50,519 nt of DNA from the NCBI GenBank assembly GCA_009602735.1, contig WELA01003305.1, positions 281,568-332,086 on the forward strand, written 5' to 3'. Under the pieces are notes generated by a model. It ran no database searches and was not told the DNA's origin. It saw only the letters and a list, made by a program, of their open reading frames with translations. This document shows, in pieces, positions 50,202 to 50,519 of the stretch (the first letter of the stretch is position 1; every line of letters begins with the position of its first letter). Both the position numbers and the translations under genes were made by a program. This DNA is from Mesotaenium endlicherianum. Taxonomy: Eukaryota.

Positions 50202-50519
50202 CTGTCAGAGAGAAGCGGGCCAAGAATTGGGAAATCGGAAGTCGGAAGTCGGAAGTCGGAAGTTGGACATTGGAAGTCGGTAGTCAAGAGTTTTGGTACC
50301 AGAGTGTACAAGTGGGAAGCGGTGCATGATTGATTCTTCATTCTCTGACGATCGAAATCCAATGACTAACAACAGACAACAGGCAACACCTCCCTGACTC
50401 GTTGCCCCGCCACCTGTCACAAGAGTGAGATCCGTGACTTCCTGGTTCAGACCTCAAGGGAGGCGTGACTGACACAGCTCGTGCACGTGCGCGTACGACA
50501 TGTGCCGAAAAGGGGGGGG

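Noticed and set aside
50236..50280. (GGAAGTC)n heptamer repeats, and (GGGTCAG)n at about 32035-32067, as telomeric or functional arrays
   Set aside because: Only 4-5 copies and no further support; treated as simple repeats.

Overview
Eukaryotic nuclear DNA from a draft assembly. The N-gaps are mostly flanked by G/C homopolymers or microsatellites. Gene content is plant-like (CIPK, ELF4-like, RabF2, root-cap-family, NSR-type RRM), and the long, GC- and microsatellite-rich introns suggest a streptophyte alga, possibly a zygnematophyte (inference). I reconstructed seven protein-coding genes by hand from GT-AG sites and recognisable motifs: an intron-rich CBL-interacting kinase (-, 13 coding exons visible, last exon probably left of the window); a 2-exon ELF4-like gene (+); a Rab5/RabF2 GTPase (-, one exon probably lost in a gap); a secreted PAN/apple plus root-cap-domain protein with a DPHF motif (+); a greatly expanded Ataxin-10-family gene (-, 3' end broken by an N); a small single-TM protein (+); and a nuclear-speckle-type RRM protein (+). 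The 3' tip of a possible eighth gene lies at the right edge. No tRNA, rRNA, CRISPR or intact transposon is supportable. The most notable observations are the tandemly duplicated splice acceptor in CIPK, the PAN plus DPH architecture, intronic arrays built from splice-signal-like words, three consecutive head-to-head gene pairs with near-identical spacing, and GC/repeat content rising 5' to 3' within genes.
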